Source of the DNA: Vermamoeba vermiformis
Taxonomy: Eukaryota
Direction of reading: 5' to 3'
NCBI GenBank assembly: GCA_045837725.1
Contig: JBEWZL010000102.1
Coordinates: 310,001 to 374,000, forward strand
DNA: 64,000 nucleotides
Positions 51,020 to 62,368 of the stretch are shown here, one piece after another; position 1 is the stretch's first letter, and every line of letters starts with the position of its first letter. A program made the translations under genes and the position numbers. Under the pieces are notes generated by a model. The model was not told the DNA's origin. It did not search any database and saw only the letters and a list, made by a program, of their open reading frames with translations.

Positions 51020-51299
51020 ATATGTAGATAAAAACGTAAACCAGTTTGAAGAACCAGATTTGAATATGTTTTTTCCTATTTACAAATAATACAAATACAA
51101 GTACATGGTATCAGCTCAAAGTCATGAGTGCAATAACCACATTGGCGATCTTGCTGAGCGAACGATAGATCCGTGAAGAAGAGAGGTCGAGCATCCAGAA
51201 AGACGGCGATTAATGAAACTTCAAACTCAGCATAGTAGAGTAAGCAGGTGTACCGACAAGGCGAATTGTGTTTAGGGTTCGTGGCACTCACCAGCTTGC

Positions 51300-52000
51300 A
51301 GGTACCGACTCCAGGGAGTGTGTAGACAATAATGAGCTTGGTTTCTCCTCAGGTACCATTCACGAAGGTAGCTCGACGAGCCCATTCTCCTTTCGGTATT
51401 CGGAAAAACCTGACCAGATCGATCCAAATTTTCTGTTCGAAAGTTAGTTAATTCCGATTTGAAGTTAATGATCTTATTCTTGCGTAGATCAAGGTTCTAA
51501 ATGGTAAGCACCTTCTTTCCTTTTGCTAGGTTCTTGTGACGGATCAAGCCAGAGATTCCACCAGAGGCCAGCAGAATGAGGTGTAGCCCGGCAATGACTC
51601 TATCTCTCTTTGATCTAGCGAAAATGTAGGCACTTATGAAGAACGGGAGATCTAGTAGCGCAGGCGCGATCCAACAGCCGGCGAACAAGAGAGTAGCGAT
51701 GGCGTTGGTTGCTCTAACATCCTTGATGAGCTTTAGCTTCGATCGAAGATTGTAGAGGCATTCCTCCGGCGTTGTGTAGTACGTTATGTTGGGTTGCGCC
51801 GATCTGTTGAATGCAGGAAAGGAGTTGCGGCAGATGACCACATTCGCGCAGGATTTCCTTTTGTTAGTTGCGTTTTGTCGGAAGTATAGAGAACTTGGTT
51901 AGCGGAGAGATAGGACTCAATTTTGTCTGGTTCGACAAAGGTGAAGAGCGAGTTTGCGCGCGCGAGCTGATTTGAAAATTGAAACGGAATAAACTCCAAT
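51300..52000 (-). pseudogene. Decayed membrane-protein gene remnant
   Basis: Overlapping coding-like frames 51784-51999 and 51497-51841 (two hydrophobic segments) offset by a frameshift; no intact start; 5' part lies in the duplicated block. Confidence 0.4.
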
Positions 52001-52546
52001 TTTAGCGCATAAGAATACTACGACTATTATTTGTAAAGGCGAGGATAATCATACGAACTCAAACGACAAGCCCAAAAAAGTCCGAGTCAGATTTAAGAAA
52101 ATAAAAATTAAGACTTCCAGAATTTTAGAATATTATATAGCAGCTCAATATATTATCTATGACTATTTTATGGCATTTAGACGATCGTTGCTCAATTTAT
52201 AAAAAACTTACTTGCGAGTTTGACTCGCGTACTGGAAGTCAGAGAGCTTTGTCTGAGTCCGTCTGGTGAATCTGCAAGAAGAATAAGTATCAATTAGTGT
52301 CTGTAGTATGAAAGAAGCAATATCTAAATTGAAAAGAGAGAATCAGTACTTGCCAAAGGCTGAGGGTACGGAGAGCTTGATCTGCGATCGTACGGAGGAC
52401 TCCTTCTTGCTATGAATGATCATAATGAGGCAATACTTATATTAGATACTTGCTTCTTTCATGGTCGTGGCTTTGGAAGCGCAATGAGAATGAGCGAACA
52501 AATCGGAAGTTCATTTTCATTTTCGTTTGGTCAACGATGGGTCAAA
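51892..52546. repeat. Direct repeat copy 1 (about 655 bp)
   Basis: AACTTGGTTAGCGGAGAGATAGGACTC...TTTCGTTTGGTCAACGATGGGTCAAA aligns colinearly with 53329-53988, with scattered substitutions and small indels. Confidence 0.92.
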
Positions 52547-53328
52547 CAAAAGAAAAAAGAGCGCGAACCTCGTTTAATCTTGAGCCACGAGATATACGTA
52601 TCGATTTCGGCAAGCAAAAGACAATACGAAAATCCAATGAATTGCAAAGTTTAATATGTAAGAAATACAATTAGCCTTGAAAAGACGGGCTACGAAGTCC
52701 GTACGGCACATTGAGTAAAGTTTGAGGCATCGAATTGATGTTCAAAGCATTTGACCAAGGTGGTGCTGCGGTACATTTGGAAATAGCCTTTGGAGCTGTT
52801 TGCTGCCTGTCTTCTTAAGCCGGCAGCAGTTGTAGGCGCGTTGTAGACGCACGTCTTCTTTTTTTTGGGGGGTCGCGCTTGGGTTTTTCCTTTTTTGGGG
52901 GGGGGAGTAGTAATAACTGACGGTGCTGTGCGTGCGCGCTACACCTCGATTAGAAGGGTTGTCCGATCCTCTACAAAACAATTAATATTAACATGGTTTG
53001 TCATCTAAATGGTTACTTACTGCCTCTTTAAGCTCTTGTTCTCGTTTCGCGCAGGCGTAATCAGAAATCGCCAACTGTTTGTATCGACGACTTCGTTGCT
53101 GCTGTTCGTCCGGCTTCCTGTTAGACGCGTTAATTCTCGTAATAATAACAATAACAACAATAAGATACAACTTATCTATACTTTTCCTTTGTACGTCTTT
53201 CTGAAGAGCTATGACGTAAACTGTGCTTGTCTTCCTTTAAAGATTCTTGGTTCTCACTTTCGGGTGATGCTCTACTGGTTGCTTCGTTAAACCTACTTTG
53301 TTAGTTGTATTCCGTACGGCGTTTTGAC

Positions 53329-53988
53329 AACTTGGTTAGCGGAGAGATAGGACTCAATTTTATCTGGTTCGACAAAGGTGAAGAGCGAGTTCGCGCGCGC
53401 GAGCTGTTTTCAAACTGAACAAGGGAATTCCGCCGGATAAACTCCAATTTTAGCGCATAAAAACAATATGACTACTATTGTTTAAGGCGATAATCATAGG
53501 AACTCAAACGACCAACCAAAAAAAAGTCCGAGTCAGATTTGAGAAAATAAAAATTAAGACTTCCATAATTTTAGAATATTATATAATAACTCAATATATT
53601 ATCTATGACTATTTTATGGTATTCAGACGATAGTTGTTCAATTTTTAAAAAACTTACTTGCGAGTTTGACTCGCGTACTGGAAGTCAGAGAGCTTTGTCT
53701 GAGTCCGTCTGATGAGTCTGCGAGAAGAATAAGCATCAATTAGTGTCTGTAGTATGAAATAAGCAATATCTAAATTGAAAAGAGAATCAGTACTTGCCAA
53801 AGGCTGCGGGTACGAAGATCTCGAGAACTGCGGACGTACGGAGGACTCCTTCTTGCCGAACGATCATGATGAGGCAATGCTTATATTAGATACTTGCTTC
53901 TTTCATGGTCGTGGCTTTGGAAGTGCACTGAGAATGCGAACAAATTGGAAGTTCATTTCCATTTTCGTTTGGTCAACGATTGGTCAAA
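53329..53988. repeat. Direct repeat copy 2 (about 660 bp)
   Basis: Colinear match to 51892-52546. Confidence 0.92.
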
Positions 53989-55279
53989 TAAGATAAACGA
54001 TTAGCAAAAGGAGATTGCTAATCGAACTAAAAAGCTTCAAGATAAGGTTAACAATACTGAGCCTATATCTAGAACAGATCCAAAAGAAAATTCTGATGAT
54101 AGCCAAAGAATGAAATTTAAAAGACAAGTCTCGTTGCTTTGAATGGGACATGACCTTCGATGAGACTGGTACCATTGCTTGCACCATTTAGGAGCATGTA
54201 CCTTGAAATTCACAGTACGGACTCACGCCAGGTCCTGTCCCGAGGAACACCTTTTGCGGTCCACAAGTGGTGGGATCTCGATATTAAGTTCGAGATTGAA
54301 TGTAGCGCATCTATAGGGATTCCCTTCATTGTCATTAAATGAACTAGAGTTTGTGATTGGATCCACCAACAGATCTAGCGTATTGACGCTTATCTAACCT
54401 CGCAACAATGTTTATGAATGAGTTATTGGTATATGTGCCTCATATTAATGTTTCAGATGGTTCCGCAATGATGAGAGTAATAGAAGGGGTATTTAGCGAG
54501 CCTTGTAAGCCGGTCAGTGGGGCTCGTCAAGGTACAAAATCTGATCAATTAATTAAAAAGAGGACTTGACAGCGGGACATGAACACATAATTAAACGCGG
54601 AGATTGCACGAGATGGGACCAAAAGGAAGAATTTTAATGGGACAAAGGAACCGGACAGAAATTATTACCTTTTATGGAATGGACCTTTGAACTCGTCTCC
54701 ATAGTGTTCTTCCCCTTTAGTGGGTCTTGCAAAAATTTTTTTTTTTTTTTTTTTGATCCGGACCGGAGCTACCTTCACTCCAGTCCTCTTTACGGCAGCA
54801 ACTCGATCGCTTAGGGCCGTCCTCTCCGATGTCGTGCTCATCGTTATTGTGCGCACAAGAGAGAGAGCCTTTCGCGGGCGAGCTTCATATTGGCAGCGTG
54901 ATTGGGCCGCTCCTCTCCTGAATTCGTAGAGATACGGACCCCTGCCCCCGTCCATCAGGATTGTTTTTTGCCCCACCACCGGGGACCGTCGCCACGGACG
55001 GGCCCGGCCTGGGTTAGAGGGAGAGAGGCGGGCAGGAAAAGAGAAAAGATGGGAAGGGGAGGGGGGCGCCGGCGAAAGGGGGCGGGGGGGGGGAGGGGAA
55101 AGAGGGGCTCGTAGGCGTGGTAAAAAAAAAAAATTCTTTCGGCTTTGGTATTGATTGTTGTCGCAATAAGTCTCTATTTTGAGTGAATAGCTAATATTTA
55201 TTGAACGAGTAACAAGCGATTTTTAAAACTGAGCTTTAAATATATAAATTTGATTGTAAATTAGAAAAAATGATTAAAT

Positions 55280-56496
55280 TTAAGGCAACTGAAGTAAAGC
55301 AGCGTAAGAGTAAATCTGATTTGAGCCCTTTTCGATCAGCAAGGCACCGCTCGAAGATCCCGAGCCCAGGTCGTAGCTGTACAAGCCGTTGTCAGGAGAC
55401 AGCCACAAAATGGTGCTAGGGTGTTCAGCATCAACTTGGACCGTACCAGGGACGATTGGAACCTGCGCATAACAAACATTAGATAATGTTTCAATTTTTC
55501 CATTTTAGGCAAGTCCAGTACACGTACCTGATTAAGCGAAGCAATTACGTTCCATTGGCAGTTCGAAGTTGATAAATTGACCACCGACGTTTGAGTTATA
55601 GCGAAGCTGTTGCTGGTTGGATGTTGGATCAAAAACACGTAGTGCGATCCTGCGTTCCAGATCGGCTGCGAGATGGTAGAGTTGCTGAACGGTGCCTTGC
55701 AGATCGTTTGGGTCGACGAAGCGAGATTGAATACAGTAACATGATCGCTCTCTAATTTTTTAAATAGAAGTCAAAGTAGGATCGAGTCTTAGGCGAACAA
55801 AGGTAATATTACGATGCTAAATATTATGGAACTAATACTTGCCAAGGAACGTATTCTTTTGGTCGCGAGAGACTAACACTAATTCGTTCTTATTTGTCGG
55901 ATTAAATGCAGCGAACAACGGCTGGCTGTTGCTATTCATATATACGCTTGGTGATGCAGTCCAAGCCGCAATATCTAAGGAATACATCTGAAAACCGCCG
56001 CCAAAAATGCACGAGAAAAAGACAACTGGATGCGCAACAAAAAAGTTAGATCTTTGTCACTAACAACGATAGGGATCCAAACTTACCGTTTTCTGACGCG
56101 AAAATAGCTCCTCCGCAGCTATACGGTGCCATTTGAAGGTAAAGTGGGCCACTGTTCAAAACTTGGCCGGTGGTAGTGTCGATCACTGCAGCGCTTAGCT
56201 CTTGTTGCTGTAACTCAAAGTAAATTAAGGAAGAGCTGTACGGAGATTGTGCCAACATGGGGTGCTCGTCCAATAACTCAAAATACCAAGTGCCTAATTT
56301 TAAATATTTATTTAAATAAATATCCAATAAATATCTTGCTGTAACAACACTTACTAGTCTGCTCAACGACACCACTTGTCTTGTTGACAGCGTAGATGCC
56401 CACTTTGTTCCAATTAGTCGCTCGGATCGCACTCAGTGACGCGGATGCGACAGTTAAAAATAAGATGCAAAATATAGAAACCTTAGCAACGCTCAT
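55280..56496 (-). CDS. Secreted beta-rich (propeller-like) protein, about 5 exons
   Basis: Signal peptide MSVAKVSIFCILFLTVASA; in-frame spliced exons ending ...YSYAALLQLP*. Confidence 0.75.
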
Positions 56497-56746
56497 CTTT
56501 AGGGTTTGATTCAGTAGTGATGTCCTCTACACTGAAAATACTTTAAAAGAGCTTTTTTTGCTCTTTGAACCTACTTTGAACCTCACGAGGGAAGCTTCTA
56601 GGCTCTAATTTTTCAGTCGAATATTCATCATACGAGAAAAGCACCAGAATAGACTGTCTGAAAGTCTGCGAGAACACGGCTAATTCGTAGCATAAAAAGG
56701 TTCTTTGCTCTACTACTGTCTTATCAAACGTACAACCACACCGAAA

Positions 56747-57892
56747 ATGTTTGCGTTCGTCAAATCTGTTTTGCCAGTCTTTTTAATCTTCCTTGCGCTC
56801 GCATCTGCAGCCGTTGTGACCTTTGGTACCGCTACTGATGGATCCAATCGACAAGCAATATACACTTTGGATACTAATGGCGCTGTTCTCAGTCAGGGTA
56901 AGCAGTAATAATTATTACATGAAGATCTTAAATATTTATTTGATATTAATTTTAACCTTAAAAATTAGTACCTATTCGCTTCACACCTGGAGGTATTAGA
57001 GTAAATTTTGCTGCGAATCAAGCAAAGAATCTGTTTTACTTGTGGGATCCGTGGAACAACAACTGTTTCGATTGCTTATTCACCTTCGATTTAACAAATG
57101 GTGGATCTGCACTCTCTAGTGTTCCAATGAAGCTACCTATCCAGTGTATGGAAGCATCCGCTACTGACTACGATCCAAAGCAAAACCGTAAGTGATTTTT
57201 TGCTAAATAGCGATCGAATTTTAGATGCTTTTAGCTTATTATGATAACTAATTACCGTAATATTACAGAATGGTTCTTCGGCTGCCAGATGTCTTTCGTT
57301 ATTATGAAAAACGGCTCCGCGGCCCAACAATTTCCGCTTTCTTTTTCTCCTTCAACCGTGTCTTACGATGCCTATACTAATGTCCTCTATTTAACCGGGT
57401 CAGGCGAGTATTATTCTACGCATTGTTAATCTTGATGCCGTTTCATTTTCCAGAACTATGGATCCTAGTTGAAATTTTTCTTTATTAGGTTACGTCCATC
57501 AATATAATATTGCTTCAAATACGTCTGTCACTTATAAAGTGCCTCCTACTGACATCGTCGAGCTGTCGAACGTGGTTGGAACTCCATCTGGTGAAGCCTA
57601 CATTGCCGGTCACTTTTTCAACTCCAATCAAAAGACTTACGAATTAGAATGGTTCACTATCGGTAATAATATGAAAAATTGGCTTGTGCCTGTTGAGAAT
57701 ACCGAGTTGAAGCAACATCGAGTACTCGGTTCAGCTGCTTATGACGCAGATTCGCAAAGCATCGTGTGGATCGACGGCCAATACCTCTTCAAGTACAACA
57801 CGGCGTCAGGCCAAGTTACCGCGCATCATATTACCTACAAGAACACATTTGTTCCTTGGCTCACGGCCTTAGGAGTTGTTTCTTTGAACTAA
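56747..57892 (+). CDS. Secreted beta-rich (propeller-like) protein, about 4 exons
   Basis: Signal peptide MFAFVKSVLPVFLIFLALASA; repeated YD-x-x-x motifs (SYDAYTNVLYL, AYDADSQSIVW); AATAAA after the stop. Confidence 0.75.
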
Positions 57893-58138
57893 CTGAAAAC
57901 TTGGATCCGATCAAACCAAGTTGATTTTGTAACGTTCTTTTTTTAATATTCATTAATAAACTACAATCGTTCGCGTAAAAAGGTATTAATATTGTCATTA
58001 TTTATAGCCGTTCTCATGTTTCGGCCCGGTCTTGGAAGAAGCGGCAGCATTTTCGAAAGAAGAAAAAATTCTGTACGTAAGTTAATTAACGCCAGTCTTT
58101 AACAAGCTTCCAACGAGCAATGAAAAAAAGAAATCTTG

Positions 58139-58550
58139 ATGGCAATATCTCATCGTCCTATGAATGATACAAATACAAACCTGGAACAAACTCCAGCCGA
58201 ATTTTTAATATTGAAAGACGAGTGGATGGTGCGTATCTACGACGCAGAAGGTATCACGCGGAGCTGGTACAATACCGAACTAGGCCAGTACTCGGGATGG
58301 TTTGACCGATCGACAATTTCCAGTGGCGAAACTATTCCTTTATCAACTCAGAACTACGAAAGGATGTTGACAAGACTTCGGAAGGACTTTGAAGGTCGTA
58401 TTTACGTGAGCAAGAAAGAGTTAGAAATCGAATAAGAAAAATTATGATTTGGGGATTAATCCAACAACAACGTTTTATTTTCTGGTTGGGCGCATCTCAT
58501 GGTGGCTTGTTAAAAGAGAGGTTTACGACATCAAGAAGAAAAATTTATGA
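58139..58550 (+). pseudogene. Frameshifted paralog of the 63563-63982 gene
   Basis: Removing one A at about 58425 (TTAGAAATCG) restores a frame ending NPTTTFYFLVGRISWWLVKREVYDIKKKNL*, colinear with the intact copy. Confidence 0.7.
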
Positions 58551-58908
58551 CGTGGTTTGTACTGTAGCGTAGTTAAATTGCGCACTTTTGCAGATGTAGA
58601 TTTCAGTTAGCTTCGATACTCAAGCCGAAGCGAATGCCCAACAATTGTAAATATAAATTAAGTAAGCTTTCTAATTAGGTAGTGAAAGCTTAAGCGTTGG
58701 TGATGGTTAATAAAAATGCTTACTTGGGCGTTGATTTTGACGGGCCCCTGTTAGTGTTAAATTTGCAGCTTTCAACGCCTTCCTACTTTCATTTTCTGTT
58801 AGCTTGTTGAATGTACTGAGAATGGAACTAATAGTAGGTAGAATGCTATTGACCCGTGACATTTTCGCAGCATCGATGGCAATCCTTCGCGCCAGGCTGG
58901 CGTCGTAC

Positions 58909-59046
58909 CAACCAAGCGGAGGTGACGTTGCTAGTGTGCTGACCAGTGAGCATGAGTGCGACACAGAGGCCTGCAATCTCGTCGTGCGTCAACTTGCGAC
59001 CGTCAGTGTAGCCGCTGTCCATAAACACTTGCAGCATGTCTTCAGC
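58909..59046 (-). pseudogene. CYP51: Isolated fragment of sterol 14-alpha-demethylase (CYP51 H-I helix region)
   Basis: EDMLQVFMDSGYTDGRKLTHDEIAGLCVALMLTGQHTSNVTSAWL matches the CYP51 GQHTS I-helix signature; no other P450 motifs seen nearby. Confidence 0.75.
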
Positions 59047-59298
59047 GCTTGCCAGTGCTTGATGTGAATTTGACGCGATCTAATGCTAGTGAGCTTGTTG
59101 AGTCCATGAAAGGTCTGCAGATCTATATTCCGTGATTATAGATGCTTCGCTCGGCATCGTCTGGATGCAAATGCCTCGCGGTTGCGGAGATCCAGCCAAT
59201 AAACAATCGAATTGCATTGTGATACTTGTCACGTGACTTCACGCAGCCGGCTGGTAAAATAAGTTAACATTTATGTACATCTATATAACACTATTCTA

Positions 59299-59990
59299 CT
59301 AATTTGAACTCGCAGTAACTTGTTTCGTCTCCATTTTTGGATTTGACAGGGCACGCACTCGTGTGTTGATTTTTTGTTTGACTACCGCTTCTTTAAACTC
59401 CTCGTACGATATCAATCCGTTCTTGTTAGTATCGACTTCTTCGAATAAAGCATTTTGGAGCTCTTCAAGAGTCATTTGAGCAAAGAGTTTTTCGCGCTTT
59501 AATCCGCTTGCGACCAAGATCCTCATCATATCGTCGACAAAGCCTAAAATAGCACAATTAATGATCGAATAATATTATGGCTCTATCGCGCCGAGGGGGG
59601 GATTAGTCAGTGCTTCGGAAATATTTCATTAAATTTTTTGAATTGGGCCGGTTAAGACAAGTTACTGAGCAATAAATATGACCTTAAATTATTTACGGAA
59701 AATATTTTAAATCATAAATGAGTTGTTTCAATTTAATGTCGGCGAGTTTTTGGCAGGATCCACAAAAATAGGCCTCCTATTTACTTACTCTTAAATTCTT
59801 CTTCATTCAAAGACCCTAAGTGTTTAGTATCGTACGATTTAAATGCTGCTTTCATAGCTTTCTCATTTTCAGGATCGAGGATCGCGTCAACTAGACGTGA
59901 CTTGTGTTCAGTGTCTGAATGACTGTTGCCCTACACATAAGGCAATTAATTCTGAGATCCACGCGTATAATAATTTGTGGTGCTTACCAT
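59299..59990 (-). CDS. Small N-myristoylated EF-hand calcium-binding protein, 3 exons
   Basis: ATG then intron, then GNSHS (MGxxxS motif); EF loops DTKHLGSLNEEE (degenerate) and DTNKNGLISYEE (canonical). Confidence 0.85.
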
Positions 59991-60325
59991 GTCTCTTTTG
60001 TGTTACTGGTGCGAGTTTTCTTCGCGACTAATTTAGCCGTTCAATTTCGGCGGCCGTTTCAAAGAATGCGTATCTTTTTCCTGAACTGAGACGAAGAACC
60101 CACAAACCCCAAATATTTTGACAGCATTTTTCGAGAATTCTACATACCGATTCTTTACGTGAGAATCAGTGACGCGTTATTTGAAGGCTGCCAGATGTCG
60201 ATCAGAACTACAGAACTTTCAGAAAGTCTAAAGAAAAATAAGTCGCATTCATGGTAATATCAACCATTTTATTTTTTTGATGCTAACTCTAATGCTACAA
60301 TTATGTAAAATTGGTTTGATCTAAT

Positions 60326-62133
60326 CTAAAAAACGATAGATGCGAGGGCTAAAAACACTACGACACCTTGCACAGTATTTTTGGCACCAAAAGATTTAAC
60401 AACTGATCCGGAAGGTGAGGAGCCTGGTGTTGAGGAAGCAGGCGTGTTAGGACCGCCTTGGTAATTTGGGCTGAATTGACCTGCTGGTGAGACTAATGGC
60501 GTGTCAGGACATTTCACAGCGTTGGTAGGACAGTTGTAGTAGCAGCACTCTACAGCACCCATGTTCGACGCGGAGAGGCGTGGCAAAGGCTCATAGTTGA
60601 CACCGAGTTGGTAGTCCACGGGCAAGTGCGCCACTGCAGCCAAGTTGTCTTGCACAGAATTGATGGCAGCACCACCGCTGAGAGGCATGAACGTCGCGAG
60701 GTCAATGGGTGCAGCTGTGACATTGATGGCGTTCTCCCCACCAGTAGCAGGCACGGGCATAGGGTGGTAAGGATCACCGTCGCCCCAGCCCGAGCGGAAC
60801 ACGTTCTTGCCCAAGTCAATGTTGCCACCACCAATGTAGGGTGAGGCCACTTCTTGGTTCATTCGGAGCCATCCGTTAGTGGTAAACCAGAAGATGTTGT
60901 TCCAAGCGTGCACCTTCTCGTCAGTCGTTGAAATACGGAAATAATAGCCGGACTCGTCGAGCACGTGGACTGTGTTGTGGAAGAAGTACAGATCTCCTTT
61001 GCGGAAGCTATCTTCGCTGCCCATGTGATCGCCTCCATAGTGCGTGAATGAGCCGTCTGCGCCGTTCTTTACAATGCGGTTGCCGTAGACGTATGATTTA
61101 CGATACTCAGGCAACGTAGTAGCAAGGGCAGAGTAGTCTTCAGCCTCGACAAGATCCACACCATAAGCACCGCCCTCTAAGTGATTGAAGCGAATGATAG
61201 TGCCCACGGATCTGTCCTTCAAGCCTGTGCCAGCAGCGCCTTCACGCAAAGGACCATATCGATTGAACTCGTAGATGACACCGACGGTCTGGATGTAGCT
61301 GTTGTGGATCGTGTATGAACCAGCGACTCCGTTGCCATGGATGTAGTTACCAACAATACGAAGTGAACGAGTGACTTCACCTTCAACGCCAGAGCCATCG
61401 GAGATGGTGCGCGAGAAGATTCCGTTCGTGCAGTCGTGGAGCTCGTTGTCAGCGATAGTGATGTTTTGACCTCTATTCACCCAGATACAGGCACCGAACT
61501 CTTCATAACTTTGTACTTGACCAAAAGAGTTTGTGAAGTTGTTTCGAGGGTGTGCACCGCGCAATTCAAGACCGTCGATCTGGATGAAGGTTGGGAAGTA
61601 TGTGTTGAAGTCACCGTCGAGAGTTCTATCAATCATGACTAGCGAGCGCGTTTCTTGAATGTTGTGATAGTCAGCAGCAGTGTACTTTAAGCCTATTAAA
61701 AGGAGTTAGGACTTTTAAGTTTGGGAGTCCTGTCCTAAATTTTGATCGGGTTTGACAATGTGCTCGGAAACGTAATCTTCGAAATTAAAAATATTATAAT
61801 ACCTAATCTTGCAACAGCGTTCTCTCCATCGATGATTGGACGTTGTCCGTTCGGACCTTTAACGCCACAAACGCGAATCCACTTGTCTTCCGTTCCTTGG
61901 GCAGTGAGCAGTATCTTTCCACGGTATGGGTCAGATTTATAAAATATTCTAACGGTATCGCCAGCTTTGATTGATTCCCAAGGGACCAAATCCAACGAGG
62001 CCAACTGACCGTTTCCAGGACCAACTTGGTAATCAGTGCCTGAGCCAGCAACGCAGTCGGTGATGCCTGGTAATGCAAGAGTATTAAGTGCGAGACATGC
62101 ACAAACCAAAATAACGATTTGTTTGTGGTTCAT
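60326..62133 (-). CDS. Secreted, probably GPI-anchored right-handed beta-helix (pectin-lyase-like) polysaccharide-active protein, 2 exons
   Basis: Signal peptide; AGDTVRIFY...GTEDKWIRVCG...RPIIDG; parallel beta-helix repeats (ITIADNELHDCTNGI, RIVGNYIHGNG, TIIRFNHLEGG); S/P/G linker and hydrophobic C-terminus VVVFLALASIVF*. Confidence 0.85.
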
Positions 62134-62368
62134 TGTCGTGAGCAATAAAAATGAAGTCAAATTTACTTAAGCGATTTGCTTCATCGAACTTTTAACGGTG
62201 AAAATGCACGTGGTCTTGTGAATCTATCTTAGTTCATTCCAATCCCGAAAAACAAATCCTTACCCGAACGGATCCGTCGGAAATTTGATTGTGGGTGCTC
62301 TATCTCTGGCTTAGACTCCGTATAGTAAGAACCGAAGGCAGCATTTCATGGCTATAGCCATCTCTTTA

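Noticed and set aside
51892-53988. LTR retrotransposon or TRIM interpretation of the direct repeats
   Set aside because: No TG...CA termini, primer-binding site, clear target-site duplication or gag/pol remnants seen.
54665-55114. ORFs of 104, 69 and 70 aa in the GC-rich island
   Set aside because: Products are driven by homopolymers (poly-K, poly-F, poly-G) with no domain-like content.
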